Shown one piece after another: positions 17,722-27,209 of a stretch of DNA of 32,000 bases. A model generated the notes under the pieces. The model saw nothing but the letters and a program-made list of their open reading frames with translations. It searched no databases and was not told the origin of the DNA. The position numbers and the translations under genes were made by a program. The stretch covers positions 7,386 to 39,385 of the forward strand of contig JAAYSJ010000158.1 of assembly GCA_012518395.1 (NCBI GenBank). Reading direction: 5' to 3'. Numbering within the stretch: position 1 is the first letter of the stretch; the number at the start of each line of letters is the position of its first letter. Source of the stretch: Clostridiales bacterium. GTDB lineage: Bacteria; Bacillota; Clostridia; Caldicoprobacterales; UBA3941.

Positions 17722-17751
17722 TTGCATTATATTATTCTTTTGTGTTATACT
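17722..17751 (+). promoter_or_regulatory. Sigma-A-type promoter for rpmE
   Basis: TTGCAT (17722-17727), an 18-nt spacer, then TGT-TATACT, an extended -10 (17743-17751). Confidence 0.5.
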
Positions 17752-17811
17752 TAATAAGTTATTTGGTTATAATGGTTGAGATTAGGACTCTGAAACAAAG
17801 AGGTGAAAATT

Positions 17812-18024
17812 ATGAAGGAAAAAATACATCCCGAATATGGTGAAGCAGTGGTGCGCTGCGCCTGCGGTGAGACCTTTGTCACCGGCTCCACGAAAAAGGA
17901 ACTGAAGGTTGAGATTTGTTCAAAGTGCCACCCATTCTTCACCGGCAAACAAAAGCTGGTAGATACCGGCGGCCGTGTCGAAAGATTTAAGAGAAGATAC
18001 GGATTAGAAGAGAAACAGGGATAA
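17812..18024 (+). CDS. rpmE: 50S ribosomal protein L31 (zinc-binding type A)
   Basis: [22 protein letters not shown]...[16 protein letters not shown]...[11 protein letters not shown] is near-colinear with B. subtilis RpmE, including the CxC...CxxC zinc ligands. The SD AAAGAGGTGA is 6 nt before ATG 17812. The track's GTG 17803 lies inside the SD. Confidence 0.95.
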   Translation: MKEKIHPEYGEAVVRCACGETFVTGSTKKELKVEICSKCHPFFTGKQKLVDTGGRVERFKRRYGLEEKQG

Positions 18025-18036
18025 TACAAATGCCGA

Positions 18037-18073
18037 ATACAGATTGGGGATGTTCCCTGGTCTGTATTTTTTG
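18037..18073 (+). terminator. Rho-independent terminator after rpmE
   Basis: ATACAGA (18037-18043) pairs with TCTGTAT (18061-18067), with an inner GGGA/TCCC helix, followed by TTTTTT. Confidence 0.8.
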
Positions 18074-18111
18074 TTTCAGCCATTAAATATTTATAGAAGG
18101 AAAGTGTTCCT

Positions 18112-19089
18112 ATGAAAAAATGTACTATAGGGGGTCAGGCAGTATTAGAAGGCGTTATGATGAAAGCCCCTAATCGGATGGCTATAGCAGTAAGGCAGAA
18201 AGATGGCAAGATCGTAGTCAATACCAAGGATATTACCTCTGTGAAGGATAAATACTCCATACTCAAGTGGCCCATATTGAGGGGAATCGTAAATTTTGTG
18301 GAGACTATGATAATGGGGATACAATCCCTTATGGATTCCGCTGAGCTATATGGGGAAGAGAGCGAAGAAAACAAGCCCTCTAAGTTCGAGAGCTGGGTTT
18401 CAAAAAAAACAGGGAAGAGGTCCGAAGATGTAATGGTGTTTTTTGCCCTGTTGGTAGCCCTGGGCTTCGCAGTTTTGCTGTTTATAATAGGGCCTGCCCT
18501 TTTAACCGGGCTGATAGGTCGGACTATTGATAATAATTTAGTTAAAAGTCTTATAGAAGGGGTTATACGTTTATCCGTCTTCCTCATCTATATCTTGGCT
18601 ATAAGCCGGATGAAGGATATAAAGAGGGTTTTTGAATATCATGGGGCAGAACACAAAACTATCCATTGTTATGAGCATGAAAAGGAACTTACGGTGGAAA
18701 ATGCCAGAGAGTTTACCACCCTTCATCCCAGATGCGGAACTGCTTTTTTGCTTATCGTTATGGTAATTGGAATAGTTGTTTTCTCTTTTTTAAAGTGGGA
18801 TAATATGATATTAAGATTGGTAATGAAACTATTACTTCTTCCCATAGTAGCAGGGATTTCTTATGAAATCCTAAAATGGGCCGGAGCCAGTGATTCAAAG
18901 CTGGTAAAGATTATAATGTATCCCGGGCTTATGCTGCAAAGGCTGACTACAAAAGAGCCTGACGATGAACAATTGGAGGTTGCCATATATTCATTTTTGG
19001 CGGCTACGGGAGTTTCAACCGATCAGGGGGAGGTTCTTGAATCTGAACATAATGAAGGCCATAAACAAAGCCAGGGCTTTGCTGGATAA
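18112..19089 (+). CDS. DUF1385 domain-containing membrane protein
   Basis: IGGQAVLEGVMMKAP...YHGAEHKTIHCYE...LHPRCGT are the hallmark DUF1385 motifs. There are 3-4 TM segments. It occupies the usual position between rpmE and prmC. Confidence 0.85.
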   Translation: MKKCTIGGQAVLEGVMMKAPNRMAIAVRQKDGKIVVNTKDITSVKDKYSILKWPILRGIVNFVETMIMGIQSLMDSAELYGEESEENKPSKFESWVSKKTGKRSEDVMVFFALLVALGFAVLLFIIGPALLTGLIGRTIDNNLVKSLIEGVIRLSVFLIYILAISRMKDIKRVFEYHGAEHKTIHCYEHEKELTVENAREFTTLHPRCGTAFLLIVMVIGIVVFSFLKWDNMILRLVMKLLLLPIVAGISYEILKWAGASDSKLVKIIMYPGLMLQRLTTKEPDDEQLEVAIYSFLAATGVSTDQGEVLESEHNEGHKQSQGFAG

Positions 19090-19921
19090 TGAAGGGGTTA
19101 GATCTTCACGTCTGGAAGCCGAAATGCTTATGACCCATATATTGGGCTGTTTAAGGCACCATCTTTATATTAACAGAGACAGGCTTTTAACGGCTAAAGA
19201 GAGTCAAAAATATTTTTCTCTGGTCAAAAAAAGGCTAAAAGGGGCTCCTATTCACTATATAATAGGGTATAGAGAATTTATGGGCCTAAATTTTTGTGTG
19301 AACGAAGATGTTTTGATTCCCCGCCCCGATACCGAGGTTCTTGTGGAATATATTATAGATTATGCTAGGGACAGAGAACCCTATAGCTTTAGAATTCTTG
19401 ATATAGGTACAGGAAGCGGGGCCATAGCCATAAGCTTGGCAAAGTATATAGATAGTTCGCAGGTAATAGCTACTGATATTGAGGCCTCTGCCCTTTTGGT
19501 GGCCAAAAAGAATGCAGCTATCCACGGTGTAGACAGCAAAGTGCGATTCGTTCAGGGGGATCTATTTAGTGCCCTTGAAGGGGTTGGAACCCAATTTGAT
19601 ATTATTGTTTCGAATCCACCTTATATCCCCAAAGATGAGATGAAGGAGCTTGAACCCCAGGTTAAAGATTATGAGCCCATAAAGGCCTTAGACGGCGGGG
19701 AAGACGGGTTGGATTTTTACAGGAGATTAGCTGAGGGTGCCCCCGATTTTTTGCTGCCCGGAGGCCTTTGGGCGGTAGAGGTTGGATATAACCAGGCTCA
19801 GCAAGTAGCAGAGATTTTAGAGACAGCCGGATGTTATGGGGACATAGGATTTATAAAGGATCTGGCAGGGTATAATCGTGTAGTTGTGGCTGTCATGTCA
19901 GGCTCTGGGGACTGGGATTAA
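19052..19921 (+). CDS. prmC: Peptide chain release factor N5-glutamine methyltransferase
   Basis: SAM-binding ILDIGTGSGAIAISLA and the catalytic NPPY (IIVSNPPYI). ATG 19052 gives a ~290-aa protein with a typical N-terminus (MKAINKARALL...SSRLEAEMLMTHILG). The track start at 18965 adds 29 atypical residues. The gene overlaps the DUF1385 3' end by 38 nt. Confidence 0.9.
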   Translation: MKAINKARALLDNEGVRSSRLEAEMLMTHILGCLRHHLYINRDRLLTAKESQKYFSLVKKRLKGAPIHYIIGYREFMGLNFCVNEDVLIPRPDTEVLVEYIIDYARDREPYSFRILDIGTGSGAIAISLAKYIDSSQVIATDIEASALLVAKKNAAIHGVDSKVRFVQGDLFSALEGVGTQFDIIVSNPPYIPKDEMKELEPQVKDYEPIKALDGGEDGLDFYRRLAEGAPDFLLPGGLWAVEVGYNQAQQVAEILETAGCYGDIGFIKDLAGYNRVVVAVMSGSGDWD

Positions 19922-19958
19922 AATTTAATTGGCAGCGGAAATTGGGAGGTGCTATAGT

Positions 19959-21023
19959 ATGATAGATAAACTGGCCTTTATCGAGGAAAGATATGAAGAA
20001 CTGAATAGAGCTATATCCGATCCTGAAGTTATAGAAAAACAGGATGAATGGAAGGAGCTTGTTATAGAGCATGCAGAAATAGAGGAGATAGTCAACGTAT
20101 ATAGATCCTATAGTCAGATATTAAAGGGCATAAAGGATGCAGAGGAAATGCTGCAGGATAAGCCCGACCCCGAGTTCAGGGAGATGTTGGAGCAGGAGTT
20201 AGAAGAGCTGACTCCAAAAAGGGAAGAACTTGAAGAAAGACTAAAAGTACTTTTGATACCATCGGATCCCAATGATAAAAAGAATGTGGTTGTAGAAATA
20301 AGGGGGGGCGCCGGTGGCGACGAAGCGGCTTTGTTTGGAGCAGATTTATTAAGGATGTATACCCGCTATGCAGAGAGGCGTGGCTGGAAGACCGAGGTAT
20401 TAAGCGCCAGCCTTACCGATATAGGCGGTGTTAAAGAAATATTTTTTATGATCGAGGGGCAAGGCGCATACAGCCGGTTAAAATATGAAAGCGGGGTTCA
20501 TAGGGTACAAAGGGTGCCTACTACAGAGTCGGGAGGCAGGATCCACACTTCCACGGCAACAGTGGCAGTGCTTCCTGAAGCAGAAGACGTTGATATAGAT
20601 ATAAATGCCAGCGATCTCCGTATCGATGTATTTAGAGCCTCAGGACATGGGGGACAAAGTGTAAATACCACAGATTCCGCCATAAGAATTACCCATCTTC
20701 CTACAGGCCTGGTGGTTTCTTGCCAGGACGAGAGATCCCAGCTAAAGAATAAAGATAAGGCTATGAAGATCCTAAGTGCCAGACTCCTTGATATGGCTCA
20801 GCAGGAAGAACAGGCAAAGTATGCTGAGACCAGAAAAAACCAGGTAGGTACCGGTGACAGAAGTGAACGGATCCGCACCTACAATTTTCCCCAGGGCAGG
20901 GTAACGGATCATAGAATCGGCCTTACCCTTTATAAATTGGAGGAGTTTTTAGACGGTGATATAGACGAAATGATCGATGCTCTGATAACCACTGCCCAGG
21001 CAGAGAGTCTTAGGCAACAATAG
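19959..21023 (+). CDS. prfA: Peptide chain release factor 1
   Basis: GGQ motif (SGHGGQSVN), an RF1-type tripeptide region ([10 protein letters not shown]) and the N-terminus [23 protein letters not shown] is 7 nt before ATG 19959. Confidence 0.95.
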   Translation: MIDKLAFIEERYEELNRAISDPEVIEKQDEWKELVIEHAEIEEIVNVYRSYSQILKGIKDAEEMLQDKPDPEFREMLEQELEELTPKREELEERLKVLLIPSDPNDKKNVVVEIRGGAGGDEAALFGADLLRMYTRYAERRGWKTEVLSASLTDIGGVKEIFFMIEGQGAYSRLKYESGVHRVQRVPTTESGGRIHTSTATVAVLPEAEDVDIDINASDLRIDVFRASGHGGQSVNTTDSAIRITHLPTGLVVSCQDERSQLKNKDKAMKILSARLLDMAQQEEQAKYAETRKNQVGTGDRSERIRTYNFPQGRVTDHRIGLTLYKLEEFLDGDIDEMIDALITTAQAESLRQQ

Positions 21024-21168
21024 TATTTAATTCATAGACCTCCCTGGCCTTGAATATATTCTAGTATCTTATTGAATCTGTCCTTGATAACCTTTTTAAC
21101 CAAGATATAGATCCCATTATGGAATATTGTTGTTGCAGTACAAGGGATAATGGATTTATGTTTTGGAA

Positions 21169-21210
21169 GTTAGAGATTAGAAGTTAGGGGCTGGGAGTTA
21201 GGGTTGGATA
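21169..21210 (+). repeat. Three phased 14-nt imperfect direct repeats, each starting with GTTAG
   Basis: GTTAGAGATTAGAA / GTTAGGGGCTGGGA / GTTAGGGTTGGATA. The GTTAG units start at 21169, 21183 and 21197, an exact 14-nt period. Confidence 0.6.
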
Positions 21211-21298
21211 CAGTGCCTAAAGGAAAACAGCTTATGAAGATAGATTTTAATGTATTTATCACATGGTTATATGGACTGATTGCCTGGGGGAGGAAATA

Positions 21299-22042
21299 TT
21301 GCAAGATTTTTTATATACTACATTGATTGGAGCCAGTGCGGGTATTATCGGAACGGGAGTAGGCGGAGCCACTGCCTTTATTTTGGATAAACCCGGGAAA
21401 AGGTTTTTAAGTATATTGTTGAGTTTCTCGTCCGGTCTAATGTTGGCAGTCGTATGTTTTGATCTTTTGCCAGAGGCCTTTGAGATAGGGAGCCTGTTTT
21501 ATGGCATTTTCGGTGTAGCTCTTGGTATCGCAGCTATTATGGTTTGTGAGGGACTCATAATCCGTTACAGAAGGAAAACCGGGACTAGATTTTCTTCAAA
21601 CAGATTTATTCAAACGGGGATATTGATGGCTATAGGGATAGCCTTGCATAATTTTCCCGAGGGCTTGGCCATAGGATCCGGATTTACTGCCAGGATCTCC
21701 TATGGCTGGGAATTGGCTATTATAATCGCCCTTCATGATATTCCGGAGGGGGTAGCTATGGTAACTCCTATGGTAATAGGGGGCGCCGGGCCATTTAAGG
21801 CTTTTATGGCCGCCGTTATTGCCGGCATACCCACAGGCTTGGGAGCAATGGCGGGCTATCTTTTAGGCGGGATTTCGCCCCTTATAATCAGCGTGTGCCT
21901 GGGATTTGCCGGTGGAGCTATGCTTTATATAACTGTAAACGACCTCATTCCGGAATCCAGGGAACTATATAAAGGAAGGATGTCTACCCTGGGATTGATT
22001 GGTGGGGTTATTGCTGGCATTATAATTATTTCAGTTTTGTGA
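21299..22042 (+). CDS. zupT: ZIP family metal (zinc) transporter, ZupT-like
   Basis: Multi-TM protein with ZIP signatures (ALHNFPEGLAIG, ALHDIPEGVAM). TTG 21299 lies 5 nt after GGGGGAGG (21286-21293). The track's ATG 21263 has no SD and is the alternative start. Confidence 0.85.
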   Translation: MQDFLYTTLIGASAGIIGTGVGGATAFILDKPGKRFLSILLSFSSGLMLAVVCFDLLPEAFEIGSLFYGIFGVALGIAAIMVCEGLIIRYRRKTGTRFSSNRFIQTGILMAIGIALHNFPEGLAIGSGFTARISYGWELAIIIALHDIPEGVAMVTPMVIGGAGPFKAFMAAVIAGIPTGLGAMAGYLLGGISPLIISVCLGFAGGAMLYITVNDLIPESRELYKGRMSTLGLIGGVIAGIIIISVL

Positions 22043-22061
22043 AGTTGAAGGAGAAATTTCT

Positions 22062-23162
22062 TTGGAGACAAAGGTATATAAAATAGAAAATATTAATAGG
22101 GATCAAAAGGCTATAAGAGCCGGGGCTGCTTTAATACGACAGGGGCAAACCGTAGCTTTTCCCACGGAGACGGTTTATGGCCTTGGGGCAAATGCCTTGG
22201 ATGGACAAGCGGTAAACAGGATATTTAAGGCTAAAGGAAGACCCAATGACAATCCCCTTATAGTACATATTGCAGACCCCAGTCATTTTGAGGCTCTTGC
22301 CCATGATGTTTCAGCCCGGGTGCCTCTGTTAGTAAGAGAATTTTGGCCCGGCCCCTTGACCATTATTTTAAAAAAATCACCCAGGGTGCCCCCTGAAACT
22401 ACAGCCGGGCTTGATACCGTAGCTTTGCGTATGCCCAACCATCCCATAGCTTTAAGCCTTATACAAGAATCTGGTACACCCATAGCCGCTCCCAGCGCCA
22501 ACCGTTCGGGCAGACCCAGCCCTACGACAGCACAACATGTTCTAGACGATTTATCCGGAAGGATACCTATGATATTGGACGGGATAACCCCATGCCGGGT
22601 AGGCTTAGAATCCACGGTTCTTGATATGAGCGGCGATATACCAACTATTTTGCGGCCAGGTGGAATTACTCCCGGAATGTTGGAAAAGGTGCTAGGCCAT
22701 GTAAAGATAGATGGGGCTGTTTTAGAACCCTTAGATATGAGACAGGCTCCCCGATCGCCGGGGATGAAATATAATCATTATTCTCCCAGAGCCCATGTAA
22801 TTATTTATAGGGGACAAGCCCTTGGCGCGATGGTGGGGGAAATAAAAAAAATAGCAGCGAAATATCAATATGACGGTCAAAAGGTTGGCATATTAGCAAC
22901 GGATGAGACCATGGATCGATACAGGGAGGGTCTTGTAATTAGCTTAGGAAGCCGCAGGGAACCTGCGGTATTGGCAGCAAATCTCTTTGCCTCATTGAGA
23001 GAATTTGAAAACAGGGGCGTGGATGTTATATTGGCGGAATGGGTAGACGAAAGGGAAGAAGGCTTGGCCATAATGAATCGTATGGTCAGAGCTGCGGGGT
23101 TTCATGTGGTAGACATAGAAAAGCCCGTTGAGCATAAAACTAAAGGGGATAAGAGAAAATGA
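22062..23162 (+). CDS. tsaC: L-threonylcarbamoyladenylate synthase (Sua5/YwlC type, with the C-terminal SUA5 domain)
   Basis: YrdC fold motifs (VAFPTETVYGLGANA, KGRPNDNPLIVHI, PSANRSGRPSPT) plus a ~150-aa Sua5 C-terminal domain. The TTG start lies 8 nt after GAAGGAG. Confidence 0.9.
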   Translation: METKVYKIENINRDQKAIRAGAALIRQGQTVAFPTETVYGLGANALDGQAVNRIFKAKGRPNDNPLIVHIADPSHFEALAHDVSARVPLLVREFWPGPLTIILKKSPRVPPETTAGLDTVALRMPNHPIALSLIQESGTPIAAPSANRSGRPSPTTAQHVLDDLSGRIPMILDGITPCRVGLESTVLDMSGDIPTILRPGGITPGMLEKVLGHVKIDGAVLEPLDMRQAPRSPGMKYNHYSPRAHVIIYRGQALGAMVGEIKKIAAKYQYDGQKVGILATDETMDRYREGLVISLGSRREPAVLAANLFASLREFENRGVDVILAEWVDEREEGLAIMNRMVRAAGFHVVDIEKPVEHKTKGDKRK

Positions 23163-23635
23163 AAACCATTCTGTTTGTATGTACAGGCAACACCTGCAGG
23201 AGTGCTATGGCCGAGGCGCTTTTAAAGGATGCCCTTATGAATGCAGGCGGTCAGGCAAAGGGTAAAATAGAGGTCATGTCGGCAGGGGTTGCCGCCAGCC
23301 AGGGTGAAAAGGCCAGTGCCCATGCTGTGAGGGTATTAGGGGATCTGGGTATCGATCTGTCTGGGCATAAGGCCAGTCAGTTGACTGATGGGCTTATAGA
23401 TAAAGCCAGCCTTATACTTACTATGACAGAGAGCCATAAGGGTATTATTAAGGTTATGAACCCTGGAGCCCGAGGCAAGGTCTATACCTTCCTTGAATAC
23501 ATAGGTGGGTTAGGGGAGGATGTTAAAGCAAAGGACATTTTAGACCCCTTTGGAGGCTCCATCCAAGTATATAGAAAGAGCGCCGCAGAGATTAAAAAAG
23601 CTGTGGATAAGCTCGTCGAAGGGCTTGTCAATTAA
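23159..23635 (+). CDS. ywlE: Low-molecular-weight protein phosphatase (YwlE-type arginine/tyrosine phosphatase)
   Basis: CX5R P-loop [16 protein letters not shown] and a DP loop (ILDPFGG). There is an ATGA start/stop overlap with the upstream gene. Confidence 0.9.
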   Translation: MKTILFVCTGNTCRSAMAEALLKDALMNAGGQAKGKIEVMSAGVAASQGEKASAHAVRVLGDLGIDLSGHKASQLTDGLIDKASLILTMTESHKGIIKVMNPGARGKVYTFLEYIGGLGEDVKAKDILDPFGGSIQVYRKSAAEIKKAVDKLVEGLVN

Positions 23636-23637
23636 AG

Positions 23638-23666
23638 TTGCATAACCTATTTTTTGCGGGTATAAT
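23638..23666 (+). promoter_or_regulatory. Sigma-A promoter for upp, and probably the downstream V-ATPase genes
   Basis: TTGCAT (23638-23643), a 17-nt spacer, then TATAAT (23661-23666). The ORF-track start for this ORF is the TTG of the -35 box. Confidence 0.65.
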
Positions 23667-23706
23667 ATACGAGGATGTTTCGGGAAAGGAAAGGAAGGGG
23701 GAAACC

Positions 23707-24330
23707 ATGGTAAAAATTATTGACCATCCTTTGATACAACATAAATTGGGTTTATTAAGAGATAAGGGAACAGGGTCTAAAGAATTTCGGGAATTAGTAG
23801 AGGAATTGGCTCTTCTCATGGCCTATGAGGTAACTCACGATTTTCCTCTGGCAGAGGTTGAAATAGAGACCCCGATCGGGTCTACTCTGGCAAAGGTTAT
23901 TTCAGGCAAGAAGGTGGCAATCGTACCTATATTGAGGGCAGGGTTAGGCATGGTAGATGGTATGCTAAGGCTTATACCTGCTGCAAAGGTAGGCCATATA
24001 GGTTTATATCGGGATCCGGAAACATTGGAACCGGTGGAGTATTATTGTAAGCTGCCAACGGATTTAGAGGAGCGGGATCTTATAGTAACAGACCCCATGT
24101 TGGCTACCGGCGGTTCTGCTTCGGCGGCTATTGATTTTCTTAAAAAAAGAAGTGCAGGAAGCATAAAGCTGGTATGTTTGGTAGCAGCCCCGGAGGGTAT
24201 CAAACGGGTACAAAAGGATCACCCCGATGTAGGTATCTATGTAGCGGCGGTAGATGAATGCCTGAACGAACATGGTTATATCGTACCTGGATTAGGGGAT
24301 GCAGGGGACAGGCTTTTTGGCACCAAGTGA
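23707..24330 (+). CDS. upp: Uracil phosphoribosyltransferase
   Basis: [20 protein letters not shown]..., the PRPP loop ([14 protein letters not shown]) and a C-terminal [27 protein letters not shown] precedes ATG 23707. Confidence 0.95.
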   Translation: MVKIIDHPLIQHKLGLLRDKGTGSKEFRELVEELALLMAYEVTHDFPLAEVEIETPIGSTLAKVISGKKVAIVPILRAGLGMVDGMLRLIPAAKVGHIGLYRDPETLEPVEYYCKLPTDLEERDLIVTDPMLATGGSASAAIDFLKKRSAGSIKLVCLVAAPEGIKRVQKDHPDVGIYVAAVDECLNEHGYIVPGLGDAGDRLFGTK

Positions 24331-24351
24331 TCAAAATTAGGTGGTGGTAAA

Positions 24352-24681
24352 ATGTCTCCCATGGAGATGATGGAAAGAATAAAAGAGGCTGAAGCCAAAG
24401 CCGAGGAGATAAAAAAAGAGGCTGCGGCACAAGCCCGAAATATTATGATAAGGGCTCAGACTGAAGCAGAGCAGATGGCAAGCGAATTTAAACAGGAAGT
24501 CGCAGAAAGGGGCGACGCTCTGATAACCAAGGCCGAGATTCAAGCACGTCAGGAAGCAGATATTCTTAAAAAGGAAAATGATGCAAAAATTTCGGCACTC
24601 AAGGCGAAAGCCCAGGCCAATATTCACCAAGCTGTTTCCTTTGTATTGGAAAGGGTTGTGAAAGACTATGGCCGTAATTAG
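24352..24681 (+). CDS. ntpF: V/A-type ATPase peripheral-stalk subunit G/H (E. hirae NtpF equivalent)
   Basis: 109-aa all-helical A/E/K-rich protein (EAEAKAEEIKKEAAAQARNI...). It is the first gene of the operon, in the position of E. hirae ntpF. The assignment rests mainly on composition and position. Confidence 0.65.
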   Translation: MSPMEMMERIKEAEAKAEEIKKEAAAQARNIMIRAQTEAEQMASEFKQEVAERGDALITKAEIQARQEADILKKENDAKISALKAKAQANIHQAVSFVLERVVKDYGRN

Positions 24682-26629
24682 TATGAAGAAGGTTACCCTG
24701 ATTGGAATGCAAAGGGAGAGGGAAAGGATTATAAAATCCATTCAATCTATGGGTAATCTTGAAATATCCCAGATTACGGATGACAAAGCTGAGGGGGATG
24801 AGCCCGAGGCTTTGATTTTGGATGGGGATATAGATACTCTGGAAGCAATACAATCCCAACTATCTGAAATAGAATTTACCCTGGGGCTCTTAGATCAATA
24901 TAATCCGAAAAAAAAGGGTATGTTCGATACAAAGCCAAAGGTCAGCGTTCGTGAGTTGTATAAGGCTCTGGATTCACGGGATGAAATATTAAAGATCTCG
25001 AAAGAATGCAATAGATTGGACGGGAAGCTGTCCGAATTGGCTCTCGAGAAGAATAAGCTTATAAATACTATAGAGAAGATGGAGCCTTGGGTAAAGCTGG
25101 ATATACCGTTGGACGAAATCAGCGATACCTCCACAACAAGAGCCTTTGCGGGCACTGCCAATAAAGGGGGAGCCCAAAAACTTATTGAAACCATAAGGGA
25201 TATTGAGGGTGACCTGGCGCAGATCTGGGAATTGGGTGACATAGGCGAGGATACTTGTTTCTTTGTGATCTACCATAGATCTGCAGAAAAAGAGATCCAA
25301 GAAATACTTAAAGAATTTATTTTTTCGAAATCTTCATTTTCTGGTTTTTCTGGTACTCCCTATGAGATAATACTAAATGCCCGGAAACAATTAGACAGGA
25401 TAGATAAATCACGGGAGGATACTGCCCAAAGGCTTGCCGAGTTTGCCGGTATGCGGCCTAAATTAGAATTGCTGTATGATGGATTGTTGATCGAGCAGGA
25501 CAGGCAGGCAGCGATTTTAAATCTAAAGAAAACTCACCATACATTTGCCCTGACGGGGTGGATTCCCGCCAGGGAGGCTGAGGCTTTTACCAGGAAGCTT
25601 CAGGGGGAATTTGAGGAATTATATATAGACCTGAGGGATCCGGCTCCTGAGGAAGAATTCCCGGTAGAACTTGACAATCCTGCCGTAATAACCCCCTTTG
25701 AGATGGTAACTAATCTCTATAGTTCTCCCAACCCCAGGGAATTGGATCCTAACACCATTATGGCTCCTTTTTATGCCTTGTTTTTTGGATTTATGATGGG
25801 AGATGCCGGGTATGGTTTGATTATGGCCTTGGGAACATATTTTTTTCTAAACAAGATGAGCCCAAAAGGTGATACGAAAAAACTGATTGGGGTTATATTC
25901 TACGGCAGTATTTTTACCTTTATATGGGGGGCCATATTTGGAGGCTGGTTTGGCAATGCCGGGGAACTTTTCGGGATCTCCCCATTGTGGTTTAGCCCGT
26001 CAGAAGAGCCAATAAAGATGTTGGTAGTTTGCTTTGCCTTGGGAATAATCCATGTATTTGCAGGAATAGGAGTCAAGGCTTATATAAACATTCGGGAAGG
26101 ACGTATCCTGGATGCTGTATTTGACCAGGGGTTCTGGTATGTATTTTATACAGGCCTAATATTATGGCTTGCAGGTGGCATGGCCGGCCTGGGATCTGCA
26201 TACTCCCAGACTGGTAAGATTATGACTATAGCAGGGGCGGCAGGGCTGGTATTGACTCAGGGAAGGGATAAGAAGAATATTTTTAGCAAATTCTTTTCCG
26301 GGCTTTTGAGCCTATATGATGTTACCGGCTTTTTAAGCGACATACTATCCTATTCCAGGCTATTTGCCCTGGCACTGACCACTGGGGTCATTGGAACTGT
26401 TATAAACCAGCTAGGTGCCATGGCAGGCGGTACATGGTACGGATGGATTTTGGCGGCGTTAATTCTAATCGGTGGCCATACCTTTAATATAGCCATAAAC
26501 ATATTAGGGGCTTTTGTGCATACCAGCAGGCTCCAATATATTGAATTCTATGGTAAATTTTATGAAGGCGGGGGTAAGTTGTTTAAGCCTCTAGGGTTGA
26601 AAACCAAATATATGGATATAAGTAAATAA
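24668..26629 (+). CDS. ntpI: V-type ATPase subunit I (a-subunit, membrane stator)
   Basis: 653 aa. An N-terminal cytoplasmic coiled-coil half (MAVISMKKVTLIG...) is followed by a C-terminal polytopic domain carrying the conserved Arg region (LSYSRLFALALTTGV). Confidence 0.9.
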   Translation: MAVISMKKVTLIGMQRERERIIKSIQSMGNLEISQITDDKAEGDEPEALILDGDIDTLEAIQSQLSEIEFTLGLLDQYNPKKKGMFDTKPKVSVRELYKALDSRDEILKISKECNRLDGKLSELALEKNKLINTIEKMEPWVKLDIPLDEISDTSTTRAFAGTANKGGAQKLIETIRDIEGDLAQIWELGDIGEDTCFFVIYHRSAEKEIQEILKEFIFSKSSFSGFSGTPYEIILNARKQLDRIDKSREDTAQRLAEFAGMRPKLELLYDGLLIEQDRQAAILNLKKTHHTFALTGWIPAREAEAFTRKLQGEFEELYIDLRDPAPEEEFPVELDNPAVITPFEMVTNLYSSPNPRELDPNTIMAPFYALFFGFMMGDAGYGLIMALGTYFFLNKMSPKGDTKKLIGVIFYGSIFTFIWGAIFGGWFGNAGELFGISPLWFSPSEEPIKMLVVCFALGIIHVFAGIGVKAYINIREGRILDAVFDQGFWYVFYTGLILWLAGGMAGLGSAYSQTGKIMTIAGAAGLVLTQGRDKKNIFSKFFSGLLSLYDVTGFLSDILSYSRLFALALTTGVIGTVINQLGAMAGGTWYGWILAALILIGGHTFNIAINILGAFVHTSRLQYIEFYGKFYEGGGKLFKPLGLKTKYMDISK

Positions 26630-26699
26630 ATCGGTAATTTATCAAGTATTGTTTTATTACAGGAAAACAAAGGTAAAAACATTCGAGGAGGAAATCATT

Positions 26700-27170
26700 A
26701 TGGAATTAGGACAGATTCTGGCGATCAGTGGTGGAGTTTTAGCGGTTATATTGGCGGGCATCGGCTCGGTATTGGGCGTTGCCATGGCAGGTCAAAGTGC
26801 AGCAGGGGTAGTAGCTGAAGATCCCGATAAATTTGGATCGGTATTGTTACTCCAAGCATTGCCCGGAACCCAAGGTATCTATGGAATGCTTATTGCCTTT
26901 ATTCTTATGGGGAAAATTGGACTTTTGGGTACCCCGGTCACTGTCACGACTTCACAGGGATGGCAGCTCTTTGCCGCCTGCATGCCTATTGCCATCATGG
27001 GGCTTTTGTCTGCTATCTGGCAGGGCAAAACCGCACTGGCAGCTATCGCCATGGTAGCTAAAAGAGGTGAGACATCGGGTAAGGGATTGACCATGACCGT
27101 TATGGTAGAAACCTATGCAGTTCTGGCTCTCCTGGCTTCTATACTGATGATCAACGGAATCCAGATTTAA
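26700..27170 (+). CDS. ntpK: V-type ATPase proteolipid subunit K (duplicated 4-TM c-subunit)
   Basis: 156 aa, colinear with E. hirae NtpK as I recall it (LPGTQG, QGK, MVETYA motifs). GAGGAGG is 7 nt before ATG 26700. The track start at 26649 is upstream of the SD. Confidence 0.9.
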   Translation: MELGQILAISGGVLAVILAGIGSVLGVAMAGQSAAGVVAEDPDKFGSVLLLQALPGTQGIYGMLIAFILMGKIGLLGTPVTVTTSQGWQLFAACMPIAIMGLLSAIWQGKTALAAIAMVAKRGETSGKGLTMTVMVETYAVLALLASILMINGIQI

Positions 27171-27209
27171 GGTGCAGATAAAATTCATATGGTTATGGGA
27201 GTGTGAGCC

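Noticed and set aside
17640-17843. 67-aa + strand ORF bridging the ytvI 3' end and the rpmE 5' end
   Set aside because: It is out of frame with both real genes and covers the rpmE promoter and SD. It has no homology signal.
21187-21207. A possible G-quadruplex (GGGGctGGGagttaGGGttGG)
   Set aside because: The fourth G-run has only two Gs, so it does not meet the canonical G3+ x4 pattern.
21234-21326. 30-aa hydrophobic ORF (MKIDFNVFITWLYGLIAWGRKYCKIFYILH) overlapping the ZIP gene start
   Set aside because: It has only a weak AAAGGA SD, overlaps the better-supported ZIP SD and start, and has no recognisable family. It cannot be supported from sequence alone.
23638-23706. N-terminal extensions proposed by the ORF track for upp (23638), ntpK (26649), ntpC (27763), ntpG (28787), prmC (18965), prfA (19929), rpmE (17803) and murI (12828)
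   Set aside because: In each case the extension starts at a non-ATG codon lying within or upstream of the SD or promoter. It adds residues absent from the family N-terminus, and a downstream ATG sits 5-10 nt after a strong SD (prmC excepted: its ATG 19052 was chosen for its N-terminus, not SD spacing).
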